A stretch of 64,000 bases of DNA. Source: an uncultured Verrucomicrobiae bacterium. GTDB lineage: Bacteria > Verrucomicrobiota > Verrucomicrobiia > Limisphaerales > Palsa-1400. The stretch covers positions 2,784,001 through 2,848,000 of the forward strand of contig CAVXRD010000002.1 in the NCBI GenBank assembly GCA_963764165.1, given 5' to 3'. The translations under genes and the position numbers were made by a program. Position 1 is the stretch's first letter, and the number at the start of each line of letters is the position of its first letter. Positions 7,976-18,162 of the stretch are shown piece by piece. Under the pieces are notes generated by a model, which did not search any database, was not told where the DNA came from, and worked only from the letters and a program-made list of their open reading frames with translations.

Positions 7976-10900
7976 ATGATGAAAACCTTTTCAAAGCTTT
8001 GCCTTTCGGCTTTCCTTTTTGCTCACCTCGCCGCCGCTCGCGCCGACGGCGGCATCGATGCCCGCATGATGCGTTACCCGGATGTGTCGGCAACCCAGAT
8101 TGCCTTTGTTTACGCGGGCGACATTTGGGTGGCGCCCAAGACCGGCGGCCAGGCGATGCGGCTTAGCTCGCCCAAAGGCGAGGAAACATTCCCGCGCTTT
8201 TCGCCGGACGGCTCCAAGATCGCGTTCAGCGGCGATTACGATGGCAATGTCGATATTTACCTAATCCCCGCCGCGGGCGGATTGCCCAAGCGCCTCACGT
8301 ATCACGGCGCGCCGGATCGGATGCTCGAGTGGTATCCTGATGGCAAATCCATCCTCTTCGCCTCGACGCGTTCGGCGGAGAAGGATCGCTTCAATCAGTT
8401 GTTCAAGATATCTGCGGACGGCGGGTTGCCGGAAAAATTACCGGTTCCCTACGGCGAATTCGGCTCGATTTCGGCGGATGGAAAAACGCTCGCTTACACG
8501 CCGATCAGCACGGACTTCCGCACTTGGAAACGCTATCGCGGCGGCATGAATCCAGCGATCTGGCTGTTTGATTTGCAGACGTTCGCCTTCAAGGATCTCA
8601 CCGGCAATGACGCAGCCAATTCCATCCCCATGTGGCATGGCTCGACCCTCTATTTCCTTTCTGACCGCGACGAAAACAAACGCGCGAACATCTGGGCGTG
8701 CGACACCAAGACAGGTGCCTTCCGCGAGATCACGAAATTTGCGGATTTGGATGTCCATTTCCCCAGCATGGGACCGGAGGATATTGTGTTCGAGAACGGC
8801 GGACGGCTTTACCTGCTCAACCTCGCCACGGAAAAATATGACGAGGTGAAAATTCAAGTATTGACAGACCGGACAACCTTGAAGCCGCACCTGGAGGATG
8901 TTTCCAAGAGCGCGCATGAAGCGGATTTCTCGCCCAACGGCAAGCGGGTGGTTTTCGAGGCGCGCGGGGATATATTCACCGTTCCCGCCGAGCACGGCGT
9001 GGTGCGAAATCTCACGGCCAGCTCGGGCGTGGCGGAACGTTTCCCCGCCTGGTCGCCAGACGGAAAGACCATCGCCTATTTCACAGACCGTTCGGGCGAA
9101 TATGAATTGGCCATCCGCCCCGCCGACGGCACCGGCAAGGAGGAAATTCTCACCAAACTCGGGCCCGGTTTTCGCTTTCATATAAGCTGGTCGCCGGACA
9201 GCAAGAAGCTGGCCTTCATCGATCAAACCATGCGCGTGCGGCTGCATGATTTGGACAAGAAAGAAACTTCTGTCATCGCGCAGGAGCTTTGGATGTATGA
9301 AGGGAATCTTCACGGATTTTCCCCGACGTGGTCGCGGGACAGCCGTTGGATGGCGTTCCCGCAAGACTCGGAAAATCGCCGCACCACCATTGTCCTTTAT
9401 GACACGACGACGCGGAAGACCAACATTGTGACGAGCGCCTATTACGACGACGACCAGCCGACTTGGGATGCCGACGGCAAGTATTTGTATTACGTATCCG
9501 GGCGCGAGCTTGCCCCTGATTACAGCGACTTGGACTCAACTTGGATTTACGCCAACACGGCGCAAATCATGGCCGTTTCGCTGCGCAAGGATGTCCCCTC
9601 GCTCCTCGCCCCGCGCAACGACGATGAAGGCGACAAGGACACCAGTAAGGATAAGAAAAAAGACGGCGATAAAGATAAGGATAAAGACAAGAAGAAGGAC
9701 GAAAAGAAAAAGGATGCCGCCGACGCCAAGGAAAGATCCACCGATGACAAAAAATCCGGCGACGATGATGCCGACAAGAAGAAAGCTCCGGAACCGGTGG
9801 AAATCGACCTGGCCGATTTTGAGCGCCGGGCCATTGCGCTGCCGATCAAGTCGGGGCCGGTTGAACTGGTCGGATCGACGAGCGGGCAATTGATCTATTT
9901 GCGCCGTCCGCGCACCGGCTCTGCCGAAGAAAAAAGCAAGCTGCAGTATTACGATCTCGAAAAGCGCGAGGAGAAAACCATTTTGGATGACGCGGACTTT
10001 GCTATTCTCGCGGCGGGTGGCAAGAAGATATTGGTCCGGCGCAAAACCGAGTATGCCATCATCGAGCCGAAGGAAGACCAGAAGTTCGACAAGAAGGTGC
10101 CGGTCAGCGGATTGGAAGCGATGATTGATCCGGTGGCGGAGTGGCAGCAGATTTTCACTGATACGTGGCGTTTCTTTCGGGATTTCTTCTACGATCCCAA
10201 CATGCACGGCGAGGATTGGAACGCGATGCGCGCCCGCTACGGCGGATTGCTCAAGGACGCCGTCACCCGGTGGGATGTCAACTACATCCAAGGCGAGTTG
10301 ATCGGGGAGTTGAATTCGTCCCACACCTATCGCAGTGGTGGCGATGTTGAGACGGGGCTTCAGCGCGGCGTCGGTTATTTGGGCGTCGATTTTTCGCTGG
10401 AGAACGGCGCCTATCGCATCGCCAAAATTATCGATGGCGCACCGTGGGACGCGGAAGTCCGCTCGCCCTTGCGGATGCCGGGCATCAACGTTTCCGAAGG
10501 CGATTACATTCTTGCCGTCAACGGCACGCCGCTTGATGCAAGCGTCGAACCCTATGCGGCCTTCCAAGGGCTGGCTGGCAAGGACGTTTATTTGACAGTC
10601 AACAACAAGCCAGACATGGAAGGCTCGCGCGAAATCCTGGTGGAAACTCTGTCAAGCGAAGCGCGCCTGCGCAATCTGGCGTGGATCGAGCACAACCGCC
10701 AGCGTGTCGAGAAACTGAGCGGCGGAAAAATTGGCTACGCCTATGTGCCGGATACCGGCCAGGGCGGGGAGACGGAATTGGTGCGGCAATTCCGGGCGCA
10801 ATACAACAAGCCCGGATTTATTGTTGACGAACGGTTCAACAGCGGCGGCCAGATTCCGGATCGCTTCATCGAAATGCTCGGCCGCAAGACGCTGAATTAC

Positions 10901-11332
10901 TGGGGCGTGCGCGATGGCCACGATTGGCGCTGGCCGACCATTGGCAATGCCGGGCCAAAAGCGATGCTTATCAACGGCTGGAGCGGATCCGGCGGCGATT
11001 GTCTTCCGTTTTACTTCCGCCAGGCCGGCCTCGGCCCGCTCATCGGGCAGCGGACTTGGGGTGGATTGATCGGCATCACGGGCGCGCCGGAATTGGTGGA
11101 CGGCGGAACCGTCAGCGTGCCGACCTTCGGCATTTACGGCACCAACGGCGAGTGGATTATCGAAGGCCACGGCATCGATCCTGACATTGCCGTCGTCGAT
11201 GACCCATCCCTCATGGCCAAGGGCGGCGACCCGCAATTGGAACGCGCGGTGCAGGAAGTGATGAAGTCGCTTGAGGCAAATCCGATGGTGGCGCCAAAGA
11301 AACCGGCCTATCCGAATCGCTCGGGAAAATGA
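7976..11332 (+). CDS. Tricorn-type S41 protease (PD40 repeats, PDZ, S41 domain)
   Basis: Signal peptide; FSPDGSKIAF repeats; GELNSSHTY; DERFNSGG; SGSGGD; RTWGGLIG; EGHGIDPDI. Confidence 0.93.
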   Translation: MMKTFSKLCLSAFLFAHLAAARADGGIDARMMRYPDVSATQIAFVYAGDIWVAPKTGGQAMRLSSPKGEETFPRFSPDGSKIAFSGDYDGNVDIYLIPAAGGLPKRLTYHGAPDRMLEWYPDGKSILFASTRSAEKDRFNQLFKISADGGLPEKLPVPYGEFGSISADGKTLAYTPISTDFRTWKRYRGGMNPAIWLFDLQTFAFKDLTGNDAANSIPMWHGSTLYFLSDRDENKRANIWACDTKTGAFREITKFADLDVHFPSMGPEDIVFENGGRLYLLNLATEKYDEVKIQVLTDRTTLKPHLEDVSKSAHEADFSPNGKRVVFEARGDIFTVPAEHGVVRNLTASSGVAERFPAWSPDGKTIAYFTDRSGEYELAIRPADGTGKEEILTKLGPGFRFHISWSPDSKKLAFIDQTMRVRLHDLDKKETSVIAQELWMYEGNLHGFSPTWSRDSRWMAFPQDSENRRTTIVLYDTTTRKTNIVTSAYYDDDQPTWDADGKYLYYVSGRELAPDYSDLDSTWIYANTAQIMAVSLRKDVPSLLAPRNDDEGDKDTSKDKKKDGDKDKDKDKKKDEKKKDAADAKERSTDDKKSGDDDADKKKAPEPVEIDLADFERRAIALPIKSGPVELVGSTSGQLIYLRRPRTGSAEEKSKLQYYDLEKREEKTILDDADFAILAAGGKKILVRRKTEYAIIEPKEDQKFDKKVPVSGLEAMIDPVAEWQQIFTDTWRFFRDFFYDPNMHGEDWNAMRARYGGLLKDAVTRWDVNYIQGELIGELNSSHTYRSGGDVETGLQRGVGYLGVDFSLENGAYRIAKIIDGAPWDAEVRSPLRMPGINVSEGDYILAVNGTPLDASVEPYAAFQGLAGKDVYLTVNNKPDMEGSREILVETLSSEARLRNLAWIEHNRQRVEKLSGGKIGYAYVPDTGQGGETELVRQFRAQYNKPGFIVDERFNSGGQIPDRFIEMLGRKTLNYWGVRDGHDWRWPTIGNAGPKAMLINGWSGSGGDCLPFYFRQAGLGPLIGQRTWGGLIGITGAPELVDGGTVSVPTFGIYGTNGEWIIEGHGIDPDIAVVDDPSLMAKGGDPQLERAVQEVMKSLEANPMVAPKKPAYPNRSGK

Positions 11333-11355
11333 GATTGTCGAAATAAAAGTTTAGC

Positions 11356-13134
11356 ATGAAAAAAAGCAATTCGTTCCTTTTGGCGATGGTCGTCGCATCT
11401 GTTGTCGGAGCAAATACGTTAACCTTCGCGGCGGGCGGCTCCGGCGATGCAGGTTTTTACCAACTCGCCGATGATTACATGAAGGGTTACCTAGCCTGGC
11501 GGCCGTTGACGGCCATGGGTTTGGGCTTTCACGAATTCGACGGCAAGCTGACCGATTTCAGCGGACCGTCGATCAAAAAGGAATCGGAGCGCTTGAGCAG
11601 TTTTCAAAAGCGCCTCGAAGCCATCGACACCTCGACGCTCAGTCCGGAAGCCCGGTTCGACTACCTCAATTTGCGCGCGGGCATCAGCCGCGATGCCATG
11701 AGCTTTGGCGCTTTGGGAGACTATGTCCGCAACCCCATGACCTACGCTGGCGCACTCGACGTCAGCCCTTATATCAAGCGCAATTTCGCGCCGCTCGAAG
11801 AACGCGTGCGCGGCATTATCGGCGTTCTGAAACAAGCACCCGCGGTGATGGCCGCCGGCCGCGCCAATTTGCAAGACGCGCTCCCTGCGCCTTGGATCGA
11901 AGCCGCCATCGAAGTTGGCGATGGCTCGGCGGATTTTCTGGAAAAGGATCTCGTCGCCGCCATCAGCGATTTGAAGGACCCCGCGTTGCGCGCCGAATTC
12001 GACGCCATCGACAAGGTTGCCGCCGCGGAAGTCCGCGGTTTCGTGAAATTCCTCAAGGACACGAAAGTTCCAAAACAAACTCCGCAATTCGCGCTTGCCG
12101 AATCCAACTTTGCCGCGATGCTTCGCGACGGCGAGCTCATCACGCAATCGCCCGCCGAAATTTTGCGCATCGGATTGGACGAGCTTCATCGCGAGCAGAC
12201 GCTGTTCGCGCAGGCCGCCGCGCTGATCGATCCGAGCCAAAAAGCCACCAACGTTTTCGAGCAAATCCAGACCAACCATCCGACGGCGCAGGGATTGATT
12301 CCGGACACCCGCATTGATCTTGAGTCCATCCGAAAATTTGTTGTTGACCACCACATCGTCACGATTCCCTCGGAGACTCGCCCGCGCGTGGAGGAAACCC
12401 TGCCGTTCGCCCGCGCCGGAAGTTTTGCCTCCATGGACAGCCCTGGGCCGTTCGAGAAAAAAGCCACGGAAGCGTATTATTACGTCACGCCGGTCGAAGC
12501 CAGTTGGTCGCCAAAAGAAGCCGAGGATTGGCTGCGCGCCTTCAATTATTATACCAGCGACGTTGTTTCCATCCACGAAGTTTATCCGGGGCATTACGTG
12601 CAATTTCTTTGCATGAACGCGTCCGGCGCGCCGCAGATGGGAAAAATTCTCGGCAGCTACGCTTTCATCGAAGGCTGGGCGCATTACAGCGAACAAATGA
12701 TGCTGGACGAGGGTTTCGGGGAGGCCGCAGATGCCCGAGGCGATCAATCGGCCGCGATCAAAGCCGCCAAATACCGCCTCGCGCAACTCGACGAAGCGAT
12801 GCTGCGCCTATGCCGCCTATGCGTGGCCATCAAAATGCATTGCCAGGGCATGTCGCTGGCCGACGGCACGAAGTTTTTCATGGAGAATTGTTACTACGGC
12901 GCGAAGCCCTCTTATGCGGAAGCCCGCCGCGGAACCTTCGATCCTGGTTACGCAAATTACACCCTCGGCAAATTGATGATTCTCAAATTGCGGAAAGATT
13001 ACCAGGCGCAGGAAGGCTCAAAGTATTCCCTGGAAAAATTCCACAACGAATTCCTCCGGCACGGAATGCCGCCCGTTCCCTTGCTGCGCCAGATTATGTT
13101 GAAAGACTCCAGTCAATGGCCCAACGCCCTCTAG
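11356..13134 (+). CDS. DUF885 family secreted protein
   Basis: Signal peptide; HEVYPGHY, FIEGWAHYSE, NYTLGKLMILKLR. Confidence 0.88.
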   Translation: MKKSNSFLLAMVVASVVGANTLTFAAGGSGDAGFYQLADDYMKGYLAWRPLTAMGLGFHEFDGKLTDFSGPSIKKESERLSSFQKRLEAIDTSTLSPEARFDYLNLRAGISRDAMSFGALGDYVRNPMTYAGALDVSPYIKRNFAPLEERVRGIIGVLKQAPAVMAAGRANLQDALPAPWIEAAIEVGDGSADFLEKDLVAAISDLKDPALRAEFDAIDKVAAAEVRGFVKFLKDTKVPKQTPQFALAESNFAAMLRDGELITQSPAEILRIGLDELHREQTLFAQAAALIDPSQKATNVFEQIQTNHPTAQGLIPDTRIDLESIRKFVVDHHIVTIPSETRPRVEETLPFARAGSFASMDSPGPFEKKATEAYYYVTPVEASWSPKEAEDWLRAFNYYTSDVVSIHEVYPGHYVQFLCMNASGAPQMGKILGSYAFIEGWAHYSEQMMLDEGFGEAADARGDQSAAIKAAKYRLAQLDEAMLRLCRLCVAIKMHCQGMSLADGTKFFMENCYYGAKPSYAEARRGTFDPGYANYTLGKLMILKLRKDYQAQEGSKYSLEKFHNEFLRHGMPPVPLLRQIMLKDSSQWPNAL

Positions 13135-13176
13135 TCCGCGCGACCGAGAGCGGTGGTCTGACAAATAAATTGTTTT

Positions 13177-15126
13177 ATGGGCTTTTTTAAGAATCTCTTT
13201 AAGGGTAAGCCGGAAACAAGCCGGGAGAAGTCCGGATCGATAGACTCAGCAACAGCAGCGCAGCCGATTGCACCGGAGTCACGGAATCCTTCAGAAGATA
13301 AAAAGATGATTCGCGTGTTCGATGCCTATGGGAGGGAGGCTTTAGTTCCCAGAGAGGTTTGGCGGGATAAAATTTTACCCGACACCATTAGGGCGCAGTG
13401 GAATAATCCGGAGATGCTCTATTCTGTCATCTTCAACGCGTTGACCGACGGCTTTCGTTCTGAGGTGATGGCGGCAGCAGAACAGCTTTACAAGATAGAT
13501 TCTGTGCCGAGCAGAGGTACGTGCGTGTGGGCAATTGTGCTTAAGGAAGAAGGCCGCCTTGATGACGCAGAAAAGGTCTTGCGCGATTTCATTGCCAAGC
13601 ACGGCGAGGACGGATCAGTCCTGACGAATCTGGCCAAGGTCTATGCGCAGCGGCAAGACCATCTAAAAGCAGAGCAAATTCTTTGGCATGGGCTGGAGAT
13701 CGAGCCTAATCAAGACAACGGCCTCGTCTGGTATGTTGCGATTCACCGTGAACGTGAAGGAGAAACCGGGGAGCAGGCCGCGTTGAATCGCGTTGCGGCG
13801 CTTCCCAGAAGCTGGCGGGCGCAACTATGGCTTGCGCGAGCCGCGCTTAAGGCCAAAAATCTTGATGCGGCGCTCGTTTACTACAACCAGAGCTTGTCCC
13901 GAGTCGAAAAGCCCGCCCCAACCGATATGCTCAAGCAAATTAGCGGCGATCTTGGCAACGCCGGCCATCTTCCAGAATTATTGCGCCTCGTTGAGCCGCA
14001 ATATTCCCCCCAAATTCACGGACTTACAGTTGGCAACAATTTGATCAAGGCTCTGATTGACCTGGGACAGCTCGATTCTGCATCCCGGATATTGAACCAA
14101 CTCTTTGCGCTCAATCGTCCTGACTGGCAAAAGGCCTTGAGCTTTTGGGAGAATGAACTTTCAAATGCCCGGATTGCAGTCGCAAATGCCGGAGCGGATA
14201 AACGAAAAAAAATGTCAATCCTGACGATTGATGGACCGGTGTGGCTTGACCCATCTGCGCCAGTGATTGAGCTTTTTGGGGGGAAACCGGACGAAGGAAT
14301 TCACATTTGCTTCTTCGGATGCAGCGCGGAGTTGGCTACTAATATGCGAAGCACTCGGATTCAACAAGCTGATTTACCAGGGCGTTTGAGCAGGGGTTTG
14401 CCGCTGTTTTTCGCCGAGCAGGTTGGACTGAAAAGCCGATCAAGCGCAAAGACCTTGGTTCCTTGGATTGCCGAGAAAAGCGGCGGATTTATTCTGTTCG
14501 GCGCGCCGCCGGATGATTCGAATGCCTCGAATTACGCCCGGCAAGCAGACAGCAAAAACGACTATGTTGTTGTCAGCCATCTAAAAACCCAGGCCGAGCC
14601 GTGGACGGTCGAACTTCGTTTAATTCGGACGATTGACGGGAAATGTCTTGGAAATCTGTCCCGCTCATTTCCCTCCGCCAAGCCAGAAGAATCGATACCT
14701 GAATTGACGCGAGAACTCCTCGACCTCCTCGTGAAGGAAGCCGACGTCGATTTGAAGCCAACTCCCGTCAATTATGTTGTGCCTGGCGGGGCGAATTTCC
14801 CGTTGTATTTGTTGCGACTTGAGCAATTACTGGCAGTTCGCTGTGGCTCTATGGAAGGAGTCCAAAAGGAGTTCTTGAACAGCCCGCGCGAAATTGTGGA
14901 CGGCAGTATACAACAATGCCTGGTCTGTCCAGTTAACGTCAACGTACGTGTGCTTTTAGCCCGAATCCTGTTAGCAATGAAAAAGGTTCGTCCTGATATT
15001 TTGCCAGAATTCAGAGAGAAAATTTCACTATTGCAGAAAGAGAAGCCGTTGACAGAGCGCGCCCAAAGTTTAATCCAGCGCATGTTGGACGAAGCGATGA
15101 ATGGTGCGACGATCTCTCCAAGTTGA
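13177..15126 (+). CDS. Tetratricopeptide-repeat protein, function unknown
   Basis: 649-aa ORF with TPR-like helices (GRLDDAEKVL...VLTNLAKVY...AEQILWHGLEIEP); AT-richer than flanks. Confidence 0.75.
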   Translation: MGFFKNLFKGKPETSREKSGSIDSATAAQPIAPESRNPSEDKKMIRVFDAYGREALVPREVWRDKILPDTIRAQWNNPEMLYSVIFNALTDGFRSEVMAAAEQLYKIDSVPSRGTCVWAIVLKEEGRLDDAEKVLRDFIAKHGEDGSVLTNLAKVYAQRQDHLKAEQILWHGLEIEPNQDNGLVWYVAIHREREGETGEQAALNRVAALPRSWRAQLWLARAALKAKNLDAALVYYNQSLSRVEKPAPTDMLKQISGDLGNAGHLPELLRLVEPQYSPQIHGLTVGNNLIKALIDLGQLDSASRILNQLFALNRPDWQKALSFWENELSNARIAVANAGADKRKKMSILTIDGPVWLDPSAPVIELFGGKPDEGIHICFFGCSAELATNMRSTRIQQADLPGRLSRGLPLFFAEQVGLKSRSSAKTLVPWIAEKSGGFILFGAPPDDSNASNYARQADSKNDYVVVSHLKTQAEPWTVELRLIRTIDGKCLGNLSRSFPSAKPEESIPELTRELLDLLVKEADVDLKPTPVNYVVPGGANFPLYLLRLEQLLAVRCGSMEGVQKEFLNSPREIVDGSIQQCLVCPVNVNVRVLLARILLAMKKVRPDILPEFREKISLLQKEKPLTERAQSLIQRMLDEAMNGATISPS

Positions 15127-15193
15127 GGAGTCAGTATTCCCAACTCCCAATAGGGCCGCCAATCAACAACTTGCCGATTCGCGCGGCGCCGAT

Positions 15194-16636
15194 TTAGAAA
15201 TGCAGCACTTTGACGGCTGCGTTGGCTGCGTTCAGAACGGCATCGGGGCAGACGCCCAAATAGAACATCGCGGCGATGGAAATGCCGGCGGATAGTTTCA
15301 TCATCGGGGATACTGTGATCGGGGTCATGTCTGGGCCGGAATCGGTCCAGTAAATCGCGCGTATGACGCCGAAATAATAGTAGAACGAAATCACGACGCC
15401 GACGATTGCCACGATGGTCAGCCATAGATAACAGGGGTTCATGGTCGCATGAGCGAGGATGGCTTTGAACAAAAGCAATTTGCCGAAAAACCCCGCCAGC
15501 GGCGGCAATCCAGCGAGCGAAACCATTCCAAGGGCCAGCGCAAATGCCAGCAGCGGCGAACGGCGATTTAATCCGGCCAGCACGCTGATATCATCGCTTT
15601 CGCGCAGAACCACCGTGAGTACGACAAAAACCGCCACCAGCGTGAAGGCGTAACCGGCCAGATAATAAAGAGCTGCCGAGGAACCGGAGTCGTCCAGCGC
15701 CGCGACGCCTAGCAGGACGTAGCCCGCGTTGGCAATGCTTGAATAGCCCAGCAGTCGCTTCAAGCTGCGTTGCGGGATGGCGCATAGATTGCCGTAGAGA
15801 ATCGTCAATCCAGCCGTCCAAATAAGCAACTTGCTCCAGTGCAGCGTGAGCGCGGGGGCGGCGGCGAAAAGCACGCGCAGCACCAAGACAAATCCTGCGG
15901 CCTTGGAACCTATGGCAAGGAAAGCGGTCACGGGCGTGGGCGCGCCTTGGTATACGTCAGGAGCCCACATCTGCATGGGGAAAGCGGCGATCTTGAAGGC
16001 CAATCCAAACAGCACCAGCAACAAGCCGAGCCAAAAAACCTTGTTCGTTGCCAAGCCGCCAGCGGCTGCGGCGACCTTGGCGAAGCCAGTGTCGTGCGCC
16101 GTTCCGAAAATCAGCGCGATGCCGAATACCAGTGCGCCGGCAGAAAGCGCACTCATGATCAAATACTTGACACCGGCTTCCAGCGAATTGGGCCGGCCTC
16201 GTTGAAAGCTGACCAGCACGTAAAAGCTGACGGACATCATTTCGATGGCGACGAACACCATCACAAAATCATTGGCCGACGCGGCGAACATCATTCCCGA
16301 CAACGCAATAAGCGTGACGGTGAAGAATTCGCCGATGCCCTGCGGAATGCGGTCGCGGAATTCCACGCCGAGCAGCGCGATAAAGACCCCGGAAGCGAGA
16401 AATAGCCGCTTGAAGAAAATGGCCAGCCCATCCTGCGTGAACATGCCGTTGAACCCCGTCACCGGCTCCGTCACGGAGACACAGCAAAAGCTCGCGATCA
16501 AAATGGCCAAAAGTCCCGCCGCCGACAGATACCCAAGCCAATATTTCTTTTCGTGCGGCGTCCACAAATCGATCAGCAACACCAGCAAAGCCAATCCGAT
16601 GACGCTTAGTTCAAGCGAAATCAACCCCACGCTCAT
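15194..16636 (-). CDS. nuoN: NADH-quinone oxidoreductase subunit N
   Basis: SLEAGVKYL, FKIAAFPMQMWAPDVYQGAPTP, KRLLGYSSIA; operon position. Confidence 0.95.
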   Translation of the reverse strand: MSVGLISLELSVIGLALLVLLIDLWTPHEKKYWLGYLSAAGLLAILIASFCCVSVTEPVTGFNGMFTQDGLAIFFKRLFLASGVFIALLGVEFRDRIPQGIGEFFTVTLIALSGMMFAASANDFVMVFVAIEMMSVSFYVLVSFQRGRPNSLEAGVKYLIMSALSAGALVFGIALIFGTAHDTGFAKVAAAAGGLATNKVFWLGLLLVLFGLAFKIAAFPMQMWAPDVYQGAPTPVTAFLAIGSKAAGFVLVLRVLFAAAPALTLHWSKLLIWTAGLTILYGNLCAIPQRSLKRLLGYSSIANAGYVLLGVAALDDSGSSAALYYLAGYAFTLVAVFVVLTVVLRESDDISVLAGLNRRSPLLAFALALGMVSLAGLPPLAGFFGKLLLFKAILAHATMNPCYLWLTIVAIVGVVISFYYYFGVIRAIYWTDSGPDMTPITVSPMMKLSAGISIAAMFYLGVCPDAVLNAANAAVKVLHF

Positions 16637-18159
16637 CGGTGCGCTCCTTTCACCAGCACCAGCGGCGGCGCAGGCTGGTCGCCGACCTGGATCGCGAGAG
16701 GCGTAAGGGCGATTTGAGCGTCATCGGTCAAAAGCCGCGGAAGACAGCCGAACGCGATCAGCCCGGCCAGCAGCAAAACGTAAGGCAGCCTATGCCGGTA
16801 GCTGCTGATATCGGAAATCCCCGGCCATTCCTTTTCGCCATGCCAAACCGAGCGGATGGCGCGAAGCATGTAAACACCGGCGATGACCAGCGCGCCCCAA
16901 ACGGCGATGATCGTCATCACTTCCGAGCGGTTCCAGTTTCCAAAAAGCACGAGGCTCTCACCAAAAAATCCCGCGAAACCCGGCAATCCGCAGCCCGCCA
17001 TCATCGCCATCATCATCACAGCGCCGGCGAAGGGCAGCTTTTTGAGCAAGCCGCCCAATTGATCCATGTCGAGCGTCTTGACTTCGTCGCGCAGGTAACC
17101 GCTGAGCGCATAGGTGAGCGCGGCCAGAAAACCGTGCGCCACCATCACCACCACCGCACCGGTAAATCCAATCAAGCTCATGCTGGCAATGCCGAGAAAG
17201 GCGAAGCCGACGTGCGCCACACTGGAGTTGCCGATCAGCAGATTCAAATCGCGCTGACGCATTGCCGTCGCGCCGCACATGATGATGTTGGCCAATCCCA
17301 GAAGCCCAATCACGAACGACCAATGCTGCGCTGCGTCCGGCATCAGCGGCACAGCGATGCGCAGAAGTCCGTAAAGCCCGAATTTTTTCAGCACGCCCGC
17401 GTGAATCATCGCCGCGCCCGTGGGGGCGGAGCCGTAGCCAATCGGCGCCCAGGTGTGGAACGGGTAGAGCGAGACGAGAATTCCGAACCCAAACAACAGC
17501 ATCGGGAAAATCCAATGCTCCGCCGCCCCGGAAATTGGATGCGCTTTGAAATACGTTGTCAAATCAACGATATCAAACGTCCGGCTGGCGGTGGGTAATT
17601 GAAGATAAAGCGCAATCAATCCCGCCAGCACCAGCAACGCCCCAATGCTGAGATAGAGCGTGATTTGGTAAGCCGCATAATTCTTATCCTTCCCCACGCC
17701 CCACACACCGATCAGAATGAAGGCGGGGACCAGCGCAAACTCGTGCAGGATGTAGAAGAAAAACAAATCAAGCGAGGCAAACGCGCCCAGAATCCCGCTG
17801 CCCATTAAGAGCAGCAAAATGTAATATTCCTTCTCGCGCATGTTGATGCGACCCGAAATGCTGGTGGCCGCAAACAACACCACGGCTCCCATCAGGATCA
17901 ATCCAAGGTTCAAACCATCCGCGCCAACATGATAGCTGATGCCGACGGACGGCGCCCATGCGTGCCGTTCCTCAAAGCTGAAGGCCGAATTGTGGGGGTG
18001 AGCGTGGTATTTGCAAAAGGTCGCAATGGCAATGGCCATCGAAATCAACGTCGCGGCCAGCGCCAGCAGGCGGATGGCGAAGCGAAAATTTCCCGGGATC
18101 AGCGCTATGACCAGCACTGCGACCAGCGGCACCAAAAATATAAGTGTAAGGGGCGACAT
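16633..18159 (-). CDS. nuoM: NADH-quinone oxidoreductase subunit M
   Basis: DLFFFYILHE, PFHTWAP, LKKFGLYG, SSVAH, GLPGFAGFFGE. Confidence 0.95.
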   Translation of the reverse strand: MSPLTLIFLVPLVAVLVIALIPGNFRFAIRLLALAATLISMAIAIATFCKYHAHPHNSAFSFEERHAWAPSVGISYHVGADGLNLGLILMGAVVLFAATSISGRINMREKEYYILLLLMGSGILGAFASLDLFFFYILHEFALVPAFILIGVWGVGKDKNYAAYQITLYLSIGALLVLAGLIALYLQLPTASRTFDIVDLTTYFKAHPISGAAEHWIFPMLLFGFGILVSLYPFHTWAPIGYGSAPTGAAMIHAGVLKKFGLYGLLRIAVPLMPDAAQHWSFVIGLLGLANIIMCGATAMRQRDLNLLIGNSSVAHVGFAFLGIASMSLIGFTGAVVVMVAHGFLAALTYALSGYLRDEVKTLDMDQLGGLLKKLPFAGAVMMMAMMAGCGLPGFAGFFGESLVLFGNWNRSEVMTIIAVWGALVIAGVYMLRAIRSVWHGEKEWPGISDISSYRHRLPYVLLLAGLIAFGCLPRLLTDDAQIALTPLAIQVGDQPAPPLVLVKGAHR

Positions 18160-18162
18160 CTT

